In this document: one piece after another, positions 15,071-29,351 of the stretch
Position numbering within the stretch: the stretch's first letter is position 1
Layout of the letters: each line of letters begins with the position of its first letter
Source: Eledone cirrhosa
Taxonomy: Eukaryota
Length of the DNA: 64,000 bases
Assembly: GCA_964016885.1 (NCBI GenBank)
Contig: OZ024742.1
Coordinates: forward strand, 182,342,001 to 182,406,000
Direction: 5' to 3'
Program-made: the position numbers and the translations under genes
The notes under the pieces: model-generated
Told to the model about the DNA's origin: nothing
Database searches by the model: none
Seen by the model: the letters and a program-made list of their open reading frames with translations, nothing else

Positions 15071-15560
15071 TTACTCTTGATTTGGCCAGAGGTATTTATT
15101 TCCAGGTACCTTATAAAAGTGACTTTCCGTATTTGTTACTGTTGTGAGATATGGAGGTTTTTTGGTTGTCATTTCTCTGTTTTTAGCCTAAGAAAAATAT
15201 ATATATGCGTGTGTAAATAATTACGTGCATACATTTTTTTTTTTTTATTAATTGAGTTCTTAACACGTGGAATTGATAATAGTTTTAAATAACTAATTAA
15301 TCCGCGTGTATTAAATATTTTACTCTTAATTTGGCCAGAGATTTACATTCCCAATTGCCTTTAAAGCGTAACCTTCCGTATTTGCTGCGGTGATGTGATG
15401 CGGTTTGTTATTCTGGTATCACTTCTGTTTTTAGCCTAAGAAAATATCTATATGCGTGTGTAATTAATACACGCATACATTTATTTTTTAAATTTCAATT
15501 GAGTTCTTAACACGTTGGATTGATAATGTTTTTGAAAAAACTAATTAACCCGAGTGTATA
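15071..15560. repeat. Diverged tandem duplication, unit about 249 bp
   Basis: ttactctt.atttggccagag at 15071 and 15320; ttttagcctaagaaaa and attgagttcttaacacgt repeated in both units. Confidence 0.85.
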
Positions 15561-16056
15561 TTATTTTTTTCTTTTCTCGTATATCGTGGTTGTCTCCCTT
15601 TCCCGCTTCGTGACGCTATAAAACTTCCTCAGTCAAAAGACTGCTGGAATTTCAAATTTGGCGGTCATTCCATGCGTCAGGGAGCAGCTTAGCAGACACG
15701 ATTTCTAACTGCGGTAAGAATTTTTTCTTATATCAAAGTTTAATGGGCTTCCACTGAAGATTTATAAGTGCCCACCTAAATATATTCTTACATGAATATA
15801 TGTTAGGCTTCTACATAAACTGGAAACATTCTCCCAATTTGTAGAAAACTTATAATGAAACAATTGTTTGGAAAGAGAGATATATTTTAACTTTAATTAT
15901 ATCTCATAAAATAATACAACTGGCTTTCCACAAAATACATATAGTTAGCACCCCAAACACTTAAATTGGGTTATACTAACATATAACCTAATGTTTGTTG
16001 AGTGAGATGGTTACCAGTCGGAGTTTAGCTTTAAGCTATCTCTGTTATTGTATTAA

Positions 16057-16121
<65 letters not shown>

Positions 16122-16123
<2 letters not shown>

Positions 16124-16218
16124 GGTGTCCCAAAGAAATGTATACACTTCCTCAGCATTCTAATAAATATTGCCTGTGCAGGTAATCAAAGTGTGTATAC
16201 ATATTTCGGGGAACCCTG
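16122..16218. mobile_element. About 100-bp Tc1-type MITE
   Basis: ggtgtccc...gggaaccctgta ends; approximately the reverse complement of 30637-30737. Confidence 0.65.
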
Positions 16219-16223
16219 TATAC

Positions 16224-16600
<377 letters not shown>

Positions 16601-16627
16601 TTCTTTCGACATCACTTGATATATATA

Positions 16628-16694
16628 TTTCGACGGCTATTTCTGGATTGAAATAGCCGTCGAAACAGCTTGAGCTCTGCCGTCGGGGGTCATA
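16628..16694 (+). mobile_element. Family A fold-back stub flanked by a 20-bp direct duplication
   Basis: Reverse complement of 14979-15044; gacatcacttgatatatata at 16608-16627 and 16699-16718. Confidence 0.85.
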
Positions 16695-17349
16695 TGTTGA
16701 CATCACTTGATATATATATACATATTTATATATATACACACACATATATATGTGTGTGAGTGCGCGTGTGCGTGTGCGTGTGCGTGTGTGGGGGGGGGTA
16801 TGTGGGTGTGTGTGTAAGACAGTGTAATACGTTGAAAAATCAAACTTGTTTGAGATATGCCAAGAAGTTTTAAAGCTCGGTGTTTTTACTAAAATCCGCA
16901 AATTGAATGAACCACTTCATTGAGGGTGTAATCTATAGTTTATATAACCAACAACAACAAAAGAAAGGAAATGAAAGAAAGATTTCCCTACAGATATAAA
17001 TTTCATTTCATTTGTTTTCTCAGAGATATAAAATACATGAATCCATAGAACATTGAGGAGTGGTAAATATCCAGAGGAGATATCTCGATATTACAATATC
17101 ATATTGAATATGACATTTTGAAGTGTCTGGGGAAACAAATAAAATGAAAGTAATATGTGTAGGGAAGTCTTTCTTTCACTTTTTTGTTTAGTTTTAAGCC
17201 TGATAACTAGTATATGGTTTTTCTTTCATATACTGGAGTATTAATAAAATGCAAATAAAACAAACAAAAAACTATTATCCATCCCTAATTTGTTTCAGTT
17301 TTAATAAACATTCTGCTTGAACCCTTGGTTGGATTATAAACACACACAC

Positions 17350-17410
<61 letters not shown>

Positions 17411-17413
<3 letters not shown>

Positions 17414-18569
17414 CGTTTCTGAATTTATTTAGCAAGATTCTTTATCTGAAAACGTGTGTTGAAACCGATATTGTTATACTTTGGGAGGGTCATGTTGCCA
17501 ATAAGAAACACACGCACCAGTTGCTTTCACTTCAATTTATTATAATAAATTTATAAATTTAGGATTTATAAATTTCTGGTTGGTTGGTTCCACAACCAGA
17601 TAGTTGTTTATATATTGTGAAAGTTCTTTCGTCACACATTCTGTGACCTCTTCAGTGACTGGGGATTCTTTTCTTTGTTTTTGTGCCTCTCCTTTGTTCT
17701 GTCCTACGCCATTTTGTTTCTGTGTGTGTGTTGTGTGCTCAGTCTGCGCATGCGCCACATCCGGGTGTCCGTGTGTGTTCATATTCGTTTATTTATTTGT
17801 TTATTTACATGTTACCGGTTGGTTGTTTGTTCTATGTGCGTGTGTGTTTTCATGTTGTCCTTAATTGTAAGTTGTGATGTTGCTGTTCCACTCATGTTTT
17901 CTATTTAATTTTGGTTGTAATTCTTTTATGTTTATTGCCTCTGTCATTTGTCTAAACATTGCGTCTTTTCTGTGTGTAGATTCTATTTTTATTTCTGTTC
18001 TCTAATTTACCCTTATGTTCTATTTTAGCATGTTGGTAGAGTACAAATGATTCTTTACTATCTTGAAGGTCTCGCCAGTGTTCATTTATCCGTTTCCCTA
18101 TATTACGAGCTGTCTCACCTATGTACACTATATTTTTGTCTCCACATTGTCCTTCAGTACATCTTATGCTATATACTACATTTTTAGTTTTACAGTTAAT
18201 ATGGGGGCTTATTTTACAGGTTATACATTTCTTATCTATACAGGGGGTCTTTGAAAAGGGTATGTCTTGCTAATAAGTGTTTTTACGGAGGTAGCTGGTC
18301 TTTCTACTATCTGAATATTGAGTTTATGTTTATCTAGGGCCCTTCTAAATTTGTAAGCTAATTCACCTCTAGGGGTTGTATCGATGAACATTACACTCTG
18401 GTATTTATTGCTATCATACCATGAGTTTATTCTATTAGCCTTATTCCTAGTTCTTTCTATTCTATTCCAAAATTTGCTCCTATACAAGAGGCAGGTCCCA
18501 TTTGTAGTGAAAGCAACTGGTGCGTGTGTTTCTTATTGGCAACATGACCCTCCCAAAGTATAACAATAT
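17411..18569 (-). mobile_element. 5'-truncated Penelope-like element (Neptune-like motifs) with inverted 5' pLTR
   Basis: 64-bp inverted repeat 17468-17531 / 18506-18569; GIY-YIG remnant inside; hammerhead-like core CTGAAGA-g-gtcac..gtgac-GAAA at about 17627-17655; (TA)n on both sides. Confidence 0.85.
17861..18487 (-). pseudogene. RT-thumb/linker plus GIY-YIG endonuclease remnant (two frameshifts)
   Basis: SVMFIDTTPRGELA...VERPATSVK..DPF-like linker, then CITC..NCKTKNVVYSIRC..C...VYIGETARN..KRINEH...QH, then RQMTEAINIKELQPKLNRKHEWN. Confidence 0.85.
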
Positions 18570-18582
18570 ATATATATATATA

Positions 18583-18779
18583 TAACGAAGGAAATGTGGT
18601 AAGGAACCAGATGGACCATAACGCACCAAAGTACTCAATACTTAGGGTAGTAGAGTGGGTAATAGGAATGAGTAGGACCCCGACGGCTGAGCTCAAGCCG
18701 TTTCGACGGCTAACTCTTAGTCCAGAATTAGCCGTCGGAACGGCTTGAGCTCAGCCGTCAGGGTCCTACTCATTCCTAT

Positions 18780-18780
<1 letters not shown>
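18583..18780 (-). mobile_element. Family A fold-back stub with tail
   Basis: About 80-bp tail plus palindrome taggaatgagtaggacccc...agggtcctactcattccta. Confidence 0.88.
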
Positions 18781-18822
<42 letters not shown>

Positions 18823-18873
18823 AGTAAGAATATTTGGATTTGTGTGTGCATATCCACACACACACACACACAC

Positions 18874-18957
<84 letters not shown>

Positions 18958-19041
18958 ATATGCACACACAAATCCAAATATTCTTACTCACATACCCACA
19001 TATGTATGCATATGAACATGATTATACCTCTCTCTCATTAT

Positions 19042-19138
19042 GCCGAGGTTGACTTTGCCTTTCATCCTTACGGGGTCGATAAAATAAAGTACCAGTAATG
19101 CACTGGGTAATTGCTGGCCTTGTGCCTAAAGTAGAAAC

Positions 19139-19142
<4 letters not shown>
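19042..19142 (+). mobile_element. 5'-truncated SINE-1
   Basis: 3' half of the consensus. Confidence 0.85.
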
Positions 19143-19197
<55 letters not shown>

Positions 19198-19238
19198 CGA
19201 AACATAAGTCAATTGCATGAAATCATAATCCTTTATTT

Positions 19239-19294
19239 ACTGCTATATATATTTCAATGATAGCCATTGAATGGCTATGACCTCATCAGGAAGT
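19239..19294 (-). ncRNA. Degenerate type I hammerhead ribozyme (Penelope stub, family F)
   Basis: Minus: acttc-CTGATGA-stem II atagccatt/aatggctat-GAAAT..ATA-gcagt, followed by AATAAA; one stem I mismatch. Confidence 0.55.
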
Positions 19295-19365
19295 TAGTCA
19301 GTTCTTAGATATACACATATAATTATATATATATATAAGTGTGTGTGTGTGTGTGTGTGTGTGTG

Positions 19366-19403
<38 letters not shown>

Positions 19404-19665
19404 TATATAATTATATATATTTATATATAATCTTATTCGTCGCACCACTGATACTCTGTTTCTTATGTGATATATATATATATATATATATATATAGCGA
19501 GAGAGAGAGAGAGAGGGTGGGAAATACCAGTTTAGACTAGTAAGTCCATGTTCTGCAAAGTACTTGGTGTACTGGGTGACATAGAAACAACATCAAAGCA
19601 TAATACCGTCCCCTGTATTAGATGTTTTTAAGCCGTGCGAAATTGTTTTTAAAGGATTTTTATAC

Positions 19666-19743
19666 CATCTGATGAGCTCAGGCTATTGGGATTGATAGGT
19701 TGAAAACTATCTATCCGTGGGCATCAGCGAAATATGTAACATG
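19666..19743 (+). ncRNA. Degenerate hammerhead-like motif
   Basis: cat-CTGATGA-gct...agc-GAAA-tatgtaac-atg, then AATAAA; the cleavage triplet is non-canonical. Confidence 0.45.
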
Positions 19744-19785
19744 AGATAAAAATAAACCTAAATTCAACTGCATATGGCCTCTATA

Positions 19786-19913
<128 letters not shown>

Positions 19914-20074
19914 GTATAATAAACAGTACAATATAATTACCTCATTACCAGAGGTTTCCCGAATAAGACGAATACGAAAAACGTCCTCATTCGTTCGTCG
20001 GACAAGGCAATATAAAACATAGAGCACTCTTCACTCCTACGACTTTTTCATTTTTCAACGGAAACTGCAATACT

Positions 20075-20108
<34 letters not shown>

Positions 20109-20242
20109 CATAACTCCACGTTACACTCCCTGGATATATATAAATATATATATATAGTACGTTATTCCGGGTTGAATCGGAGGTAACCACAGTAAGTAAG
20201 GTACTCAATACATTGCAGAGTATAAAAGTTTTAATATAGATG

Positions 20243-20293
20243 AGATTCTACAGGACTAGAACTGTTTCATTCTTTAGAAATCATCAGGAATCT
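20243..20293 (-). ncRNA. Type I hammerhead ribozyme (intact core)
   Basis: Mirror copy of 20511-20561. Confidence 0.85.
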
Positions 20294-20426
20294 GGGTATC
20301 AAAAAATAAATATGGTATTTATAGGTCTCTACAAGTGGTAGGAGAGGGTGGGGAGTGGGATGGGTGTAGGTCATTGGTTGATAGAAAAGGGAATTCATTC
20401 TTTTAATGAATTCCCTTTTCTATCAA

Positions 20427-20488
20427 CCAATGACCTACACCCATCCCACTCCCCACCCTCTCCTACCACTTGTAGAGACCTATAAATA
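20427..20488 (+). promoter_or_regulatory. Putative pLTR Pol II promoter (CCAAT + TATA)
   Basis: CCAAT at 20427-20431 and TATAAATA at 20481-20488, 30 nt upstream of the hammerhead start. Confidence 0.5.
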
Positions 20489-20510
20489 CCATATTTATTT
20501 TTTGATACCC

Positions 20511-20561
20511 AGATTCCTGATGATTTCTAAAGAATGAAACAGTTCTAGTCCTGTAGAATCT
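20511..20561 (+). ncRNA. Type I hammerhead ribozyme (intact core)
   Basis: agattc-CTGATGA-t-ttc(taaa)gaa-t-GAA-ACAG(ttctagtc)CTGT-A-gaatct: stems I, II and III all pair, GUA cleavage triplet. Confidence 0.88.
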
Positions 20562-21004
20562 CATCTATATATATATATATTTCAGAAGATTCCGTAAAAG
20601 GATGAAAGCAGCGATCCATTGATTAAACTTTAATCTGTACTGATAATGAATATTTGCTCTACGGGTTTACATATATAAATTATATATATATATAATCCTT
20701 ATCGAGCCCTCTTTGGATTTTAGTCTTCACATTTATTATTACTACATATATATATATGCCCATATATATCTATGCATGCATGTGTGTATATATGTAATAA
20801 GATGATGATATGATATATATTTGAATGATAGTATGTAATGGTATAGTTAAAAAAATGGATAAATGTCTTTTTTTGTGACTTACCAAGATTACTGCTACTG
20901 CTACTACTACTACTACTACTACTACTACAATGTTGACTAATTAGTAATACAGCGACTGCTGTATTAGTAATTAGTTAACATTGTAGTAGTAGTATTATTA
21001 TTAT

Positions 21005-21037
<33 letters not shown>

Positions 21038-21170
21038 CAGCAGTAGAAGCAGTAGAAGTAACAGCAGCAGCAGTAGTAGAAGCAGTAGAAGCAGCAGCAG
21101 TAGTAGTAGTAGTAGTAGTCGTAATAGTAGTTGGTGGTGGTGGTGGTGGTGGTGGTGTTGTTGTTGTTGT
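21005..21170. repeat. Compound (TAG)/(CAG)/(TGG)/(TTG) microsatellite
   Basis: Directly visible. Confidence 0.9.
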
Positions 21171-21232
21171 AGGAGTTGTAAAGTGTTGGTGTCACACGTA
21201 CTGCATTTTTTCTTGCATTTTATTGTAATAAC

Positions 21233-21423
21233 AATTGTTTTTACTTTTGGCACAAGGCCAGCAAATACCCTTTTGCATTACTTGTGCTTTATTTATCGAC
21301 CTCGTAAGGATAAAAGGCAAAGTTAACCTAGGCAGGATTTGAACTCAGACCGTATACGGCCGTTACTCTATGCTGCAAAGCATGGCATTCGACCCTCTAC
21401 CGATACTGCCAATCCACCGCCTT
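21233..21423 (-). mobile_element. SINE-1
   Basis: Full consensus on the minus strand; tattgtaataa duplicated on both sides. Confidence 0.88.
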
Positions 21424-21679
21424 ATATTGTAATAATAATAATGGTGTCTTTAGCAGCAATACTGGGCTGACATAAAGACGTTAAAGACGCTATATGACGG
21501 TACAGGACTATGCAGGGTTCATTCGTATCAAATTTTGATAATACTAACAACAGGCGTAAAAAGATTAAACAAAAGTAAATTCCCCAAAGAACGGGAGATT
21601 ATCGAGGGTCACAGGTGAAGAAAGCCTATAAAAAACCACAGCCACACTGACAGCTAAGGCTGCAGCCCTCTCTTAGTTG

Positions 21680-22230
21680 TCCTCTGTCAATCTACAGGCG
21701 CATAGTGAAAGCATGCTCTTTCTCTCAGACCAAGCTCTTCCACCTTGCTTTTCCGCTTCAAATGAAATTTCACAAAGTTAACTAGTGTTACACCGAAGGG
21801 GAAAGAGCTCCTTCTCAACCCTTTCAACCACGTCCAACATACATCTTTCGCCATTGCCACAAATCAAAAGAAAACGAACTGCTCATCCCGACTACAGGAT
21901 GATGTTGGGGCTACCTTCACAATAGACTCAGCTGTTCGATATAGCTTCAACAGTCATTAATGTACGGACACCTAAACCAGTGCTTGAAGAACAGTTTCTT
22001 GGTTTCTTTTTCACAAAAATCAGACAAACTCGGCTAACGGCCCACCCACGGCTGTAGAGCGGGTCTTAAAACCAGTACCAAGCCAAGGGTTTTTGGGAGT
22101 TATCCTTCAGGCTTTGGATGAAGGTTCTCCAGAAGAGAACGGCTAGTTGATCACCTTTGGCGCCTGGAGTCTCCCCAAGAACGTCGCCACAAATCTTCTA
22201 TAGAACAGCAAAGTGGATTTTCCGAATTAA
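21680..22230 (-). mobile_element. Possible degraded L1/Tx1-like LINE 3' coding remnant
   Basis: Minus-strand fragments LAWYWF, ETVLQALV.CP, VAMAKDVCWTW, NFVKFHLKRK resemble the post-RT Cys/His region; heavily disrupted. Confidence 0.4.
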
Positions 22231-22371
22231 AATAATAGTATGAATACTGGAAATGTTATTCAAGCGTGGCCGATAGATCTCTGTTTCCCTTCTCTTTCTC
22301 TATATATATATATATGCTTATTTCATACATAGAAAGAGAACTGTTGTTTTATTCGTATGAAATGACACGAA

Positions 22372-22421
<50 letters not shown>

Positions 22422-22502
22422 GTGTGTGTATGTATGTATATATATATATATATATATATATTCATATATTCATATATATATGAATATATATATGAATATA
22501 TA

Positions 22503-22569
<67 letters not shown>

Positions 22570-22571
<2 letters not shown>

Positions 22572-22752
22572 CGAAGTAATTGTGGTAAGGAACCAGGTGG
22601 ACCATAACGCACCGGAGTACTCAATACTTAGAGTAGCAGAGTGGGTAATAGGAAAACGTATGACTCCGACGGCAGAGCTCAAGCCGTTTCGACGGCTATT
22701 TCTGGACTCAGAAGCGGCTTGAGCTCTGCCGTCGGGGTCATACTTTTACCTA
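22570..22752 (-). mobile_element. Family A fold-back stub with tail
   Basis: Same tail and half-hammerhead palindrome; embedded in (TA)n. Confidence 0.88.
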
Positions 22753-22774
22753 TATATATATATATATATATTAT

Positions 22775-23246
22775 AGTTGAAACAGTAAACAAAAAAACAA
22801 CAACGTGGAAGCGAAGAGGCAGTAGAAAATGTTAATATTAGTTTCACGCTTGAGAGTGTGGGGTGGGGGACGACGTTTCGGGCATAAGCCCTTCATCAGG
22901 AGAAAAGTGGGCAGGAAAAGAGTTCCGAGACATTAAAAGGGGGAGAGGTAGAGGGTAAAAAAAATTAAAATGAAACAATTGGTGAAAGGGTGTGAGGCAT
23001 AGAGGGGGGGGGGGGGGGAGAAGAGGTGTATATGGGAGGGGGGGTCCGAGCGGGGAGGGCTGAAGGTGGTGTGTGTGTATGTGTGTGTGGATGTGAATGT
23101 TAGAGTTGGAGGAAGAACGAGGTTCCATGTTCGGGTAATAGGGAAACCGGTGCGACATAGGGTGGGGTGTAAGTCGGTGTGTTTCGTGCGTGTGGATGGA
23201 GAGGTGTTAGAGGAGGTGGGGAGAGGAGGTGGGGGAGAGGGGGCGT
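22775..23246 (-). mobile_element. Family E Penelope 3' end with minimal hammerhead core
   Basis: Minus: CTGATGA-a-gggc-ttat-gccc-GAAAC-GTC (22872-22899) preceded by a C-rich 3' UTR; tail pieces recur at 9406-9490 and 34030-34070. Confidence 0.72.
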
Positions 23247-23255
23247 AATCACATA

Positions 23256-23293
<38 letters not shown>

Positions 23294-23336
23294 TATATTC
23301 ATATATATATATGAATATATCTGAATATATATATGA

Positions 23337-23381
<45 letters not shown>

Positions 23382-23421
23382 GGAAAATGTAGGACATCGA
23401 CGGCAGAGCTCAACCCTTGGT

Positions 23422-23535
<114 letters not shown>

Positions 23536-23663
23536 TAAGAGGAATTCCAACTTTGTCTGATTTACTCGTTTTATTTACAATCCTTTAAAATTTATAATGG
23601 TATTATAATGAAATTAATATAATCTTCTATACACAATCATACACACCCGTGTATATTTACCTA

Positions 23664-23714
<51 letters not shown>

Positions 23715-23895
23715 AAAAAGTAAACAGAAATAACAACACAATCGGTACAGTATATGGAAGGGATTTATTAGGTTAACGCTTGATATAGCAGGAAGTGGGT
23801 CTTAACGTTTCGGACGCTAGTCCTTCATCAGAAGAAAGAATGAGAAATAAGATAGATTGAGGGGACGGGCGGGATAGAATTGGAAAAAATGTCTT
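23715..23895 (-). mobile_element. Family D stub with intact minimal hammerhead (23800-23835)
   Basis: Minus: tctt-CTGATGA-a-ggac(tagc)gtcc-GAAAC-GTT-aaga; stem III is the loop-less palindrome ACGT. Confidence 0.8.
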
Positions 23896-24109
23896 TAGAT
23901 AAAAATAACAGGTCCACTCTTGCAAAACTGTTGGTGCTGTCGTTTTGTGTATGATTTATTTTTAGAAAAGTGGATGATAATATATATGTATATATAACTT
24001 GAGGGCGGCCAACCGGACTGGCAACTGCTAAAAGTTCGGCCGCCTTCTCGTCTCTCTGCTTTATCAGCCCCATGGAGTGTGTCTATTATATTCGTTTGTT
24101 AAATTTCGA

Positions 24110-24167
24110 ATACCTGATGTTGTCACCCGATTCATACTGAACCCGGTCATTGAAATGTTCATAGTAT
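24110..24167 (+). ncRNA. Degenerate hammerhead (family F-like)
   Basis: atac-CTGATGt-...-GAAAT(gttc)ATA-gtat followed by AATAAA. Confidence 0.55.
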
Positions 24168-24362
24168 AATAAACCTTTAAGGAATTAAACCAGTCAAGCC
24201 TCCTGTTATTTTATAATAATCGCACCACCAACAACACAAACGAAGACGGGTGAGTTGCATACGTCGAGTGGTCTCTCTAATTACATCTAGGTGACTATAC
24301 GGAATGACCAGTTCTATCCAGTGGTGAACCAACAAACCTAAATGTATATATGTGTATATAGG

Positions 24363-24414
<52 letters not shown>

Positions 24415-24526
24415 ATTATATATATTCATATATATATATATACAAATATATATTCATATATATATATAAAAATATATATTCATATATATATATAAATATA
24501 TATTCATATATATATATAAATATATA

Positions 24527-24586
<60 letters not shown>

Positions 24587-24609
24587 TATATGAATATATA
24601 TATATATAT

Positions 24610-25502
<893 letters not shown>

Positions 25503-26068
25503 TCGTGTGTGTGTTTGTATGTATATGTATAAAATAGCTAAACAGATTTTGTAAGTGCATAACTGCATGAGAATTATAAGTGATAGGGGAGAAAGGAAAC
25601 GGATGAACCCATCAAACTCACCTCTAACACTCTACTAAATGGACCTCCAGCCATTACTGTTGCTAACCTCACTAACACTCCGTATATCCCTATATCTCCC
25701 TATAATATAACAAATACTTTTAACCAGGGACTCAAGTAGGACCGATTTTCCATTTAGACTTCTCTGTAGGAGAAGGTCACTCTTATTTAAAACCTGCGAC
25801 TTCGTTTGCACCCAATGCTGTAGATTAATTCTTCTTTTTCGGCAAATGCATTCGATGATCAGAGAGTGGGATTGGCTCCGTGCAAAGCCGTTCCTTACTT
25901 AAAAAAGCTTCAGGTACAGTCATCGCTTGATATGTGACATTTATTGCGATGCATGCCATTGTTGGCCATGGGTATGGCCCTCCCTAGCAGGACTAAAAAG
26001 CCACTTCCGAGATGCTCATGCTTAAGTATCAAGCGATGGCATTACTCGAAATCGAGCTGCAGCCATCT

Positions 26069-26132
<64 letters not shown>

Positions 26133-26320
26133 ATATTAACAAATGGAAACTATATTTATAAAACCATATTTATTTCAAGGGCCACCAGAGCAAACTATGA
26201 TGCGCTTTCATCAGATGAAATATAATATAGGTTAGTTTTATAAATAAATATTGACATACCCTTAAAAAAATGCAACCATTCTGGTTGGAATCTCCTGGAT
26301 TATATATATATATATATATA

Positions 26321-26514
26321 TAACGAAGGAATTGTGGTAAGGAACCAGATGGACCATAACGCACCAGAGGACTCAATACTTAGGGTAGTAGAGTGGGGAA
26401 ATAGGAAAAAGTATTACCCCGACGGCAGAGCTCAAGCCGTTTCGACGGCTGTTTCTGAGTCCAGAAATAGCCGTCGAAACGGCTTGAGCTCTGCCGTCAG
26501 GGTCATACTTTTTC

Positions 26515-26550
<36 letters not shown>

Positions 26551-26623
26551 CCACTCTACTACTCTAAGTATTGAGTACTTTGGTGCGTTATGGTCCACCT
26601 GGTTCCTTACCACATTTCCTTCG

Positions 26624-26626
<3 letters not shown>
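26321..26626. mobile_element. Family A fold-back stub (minus) plus a separate tail-only fragment (plus, 26550-26626)
   Basis: Same family sequence; a TA tract separates the two parts. Confidence 0.88.
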
Positions 26627-26709
<83 letters not shown>

Positions 26710-26759
26710 GGTTCAAATTAATTGCGTCCGTAGGCGTTACGCGGGTCTACATGTGAACA

Positions 26760-26849
26760 CATATCTGAGGAGCTTCCGATTCCTGAGTCAGGATCGATCC
26801 TTAATCGATCGTTCCTCGAGCTGATCGACAGTGAATCATATGTAATATG
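26760..26849 (+). ncRNA. Hammerhead with long stem II (family G), core mutation GAAA>GAAT
   Basis: catat-CTGAGGA-gct...agt-GAAT-CATATG-TA-atatg; homologous to 49183-49271. Confidence 0.65.
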
Positions 26850-26894
26850 TAATTAAATATGTATATGATGCAACACTGATACTTTGTTTCCTTT

Positions 26895-26943
<49 letters not shown>

Positions 26944-27021
26944 TGTATAAATACATATATATATACATATGTATGTATATGTATATATATATATACATAT
27001 ATATATGTATATATATATATG

Positions 27022-27085
<64 letters not shown>

Positions 27086-27121
27086 TGTATAAATACATAT
27101 ATATATACATATGTATGTATA

Positions 27122-27152
<31 letters not shown>

Positions 27153-28447
27153 GTATATGTATGTATGTATATATATATATATTTGTATGTGTGTATGTAT
27201 ATATATATTATGTGACGGCTTCAATCCCACACTGACAGTCAATGTCATATTGGACAAGTGTGGTTTATTATACCCTCGGGTGAGGCCATAAATTGTGTGT
27301 GAAATTGGACACACAGCGCGTCATGCTGAATCTCCCTGAGAATTAAGTTAAGTGTGCATGTGTCTATGAAATGCTTAGACAATTAAACATTAATTTCACG
27401 TGCACACTGTTTCATTGGAACACATATCATATAATAATGTATGTATCTATGAATACATACATACATGTATGTATGTATGTATGTATGTATGCATGTATGT
27501 ATGTATGAATACATACATACATGTATGTATGTATGTATGTATGTATGTATGTATGTATGAATACATACATACAATACATACATACATGCTTACATAGAAA
27601 AATGCCTACGTACATACATACATACATGCATACATATTAAAATACATACATACATACATACATACATATTAAAATACATACATACATACATGTATGTATG
27701 TATTCATATATACATGTATGTATGTATTTTAATATGTATGCATGCATGTATGTATGTATGTATGTACGTAGGCATTTTTCTATGTAAGCATGTATGTATG
27801 TATGTATGTATGTATGTTTGTTTCTTTTATGTATGCAAGTATGTATGTATATATGTATGTATGTATATAGGTGTGTATGCATCTTTGCATGTATGTATGC
27901 ATTTTTCTCTGTACGTATGTATGTATGTATTGCTATAGACATGCGTGTCATATACACCATTTCGCATGCCATTATACCACACCACACCATACCACAACAC
28001 ATCACACCACACGGTCAGCTTACACACTGCTGTACCACACCGCACCTTCGCCCCTCCCGCACCACAGCACGCCTCACTAAGTTAGAGTGCATCACACAAG
28101 ACCAGTGTGCTTCGTTAAGGTCACGGAACATGCTAGAAACTGCAGCTAAATCTTCTTTAAATAATACCCCATAGTCTCAAATACGGACATCTTGGAAAAG
28201 ATGGTCCCCGGTATCCTACCTATAAGAAAACTATAGGACGCTCCCGGCTGCATTGACTTTGATCATAGCTTTGCTCGATTAGGGCTGACCTGGGCCCAAC
28301 CTTAATTAAGCCTTGCGCTACACGACTATACATTCAGACAAACACACACACACACACGCAAACACATTCACACCAACATACAGACATACACACAAACACA
28401 CAAACACACACTTCAATACATATATAGGCTTGTGTTGTATCTGTCTC

Positions 28448-28510
<63 letters not shown>

Positions 28511-29033
28511 GATATACACATGCGCATTCACTTCGTATGTATACGTAAAAATCATAACATATGAGAGAGGTGTCGCTTACAAACTTGCACACCCACACAT
28601 TCACATATATGCACATCTCCACACACACACACACATACACACACACATATATGCACATCTCCACACACACACAGACACACACACACACACAAATATATAC
28701 ACACCACAAATATACAAACCATACTGTCTAAACCAGTTATATATATATAAATATAAATATATATAATTATGAAGTGTTTTTAATAGCGTTCAGTACAATT
28801 ATCCGTACATATATACATATATATACACAGACATATAGAAATATATATATGTATATACCCAGAGTAGAAACAAACAGGACAATGTAGATATATATATATA
28901 TATATATATAATATATATTTATATACATATCTATATTTATTTGAACTCACAGGTTACTTAGACACAAGTAAAGCGGAGACTAACAGACACAAATGTTGGA
29001 TATGAAATATACGGTAATTACCAATAAGATCTA

Positions 29034-29101
<68 letters not shown>

Positions 29102-29269
29102 CTGTATGTAAGTGTATGTGTATATGTATCAAGTAGAGTGTCTAAATGTATACATATAACTTTTTAGCACACAAACACACACATTTACACATACACAAAT
29201 ACACACGTACGCGTATTTAAACACATAAACACTCTCACGCACGAACACAGACAGATACACGTATATATG

Positions 29270-29351
<82 letters not shown>

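Larger units (their letters stand above)
20159..20570 (-). mobile_element. Family B Penelope pLTR as a perfect fold-back palindrome with tail
   Basis: 166-bp arms 20234-20399 and 20405-20570 with a 5-bp spacer; tail 20159-20233; TA-rich flanks. Confidence 0.9.
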
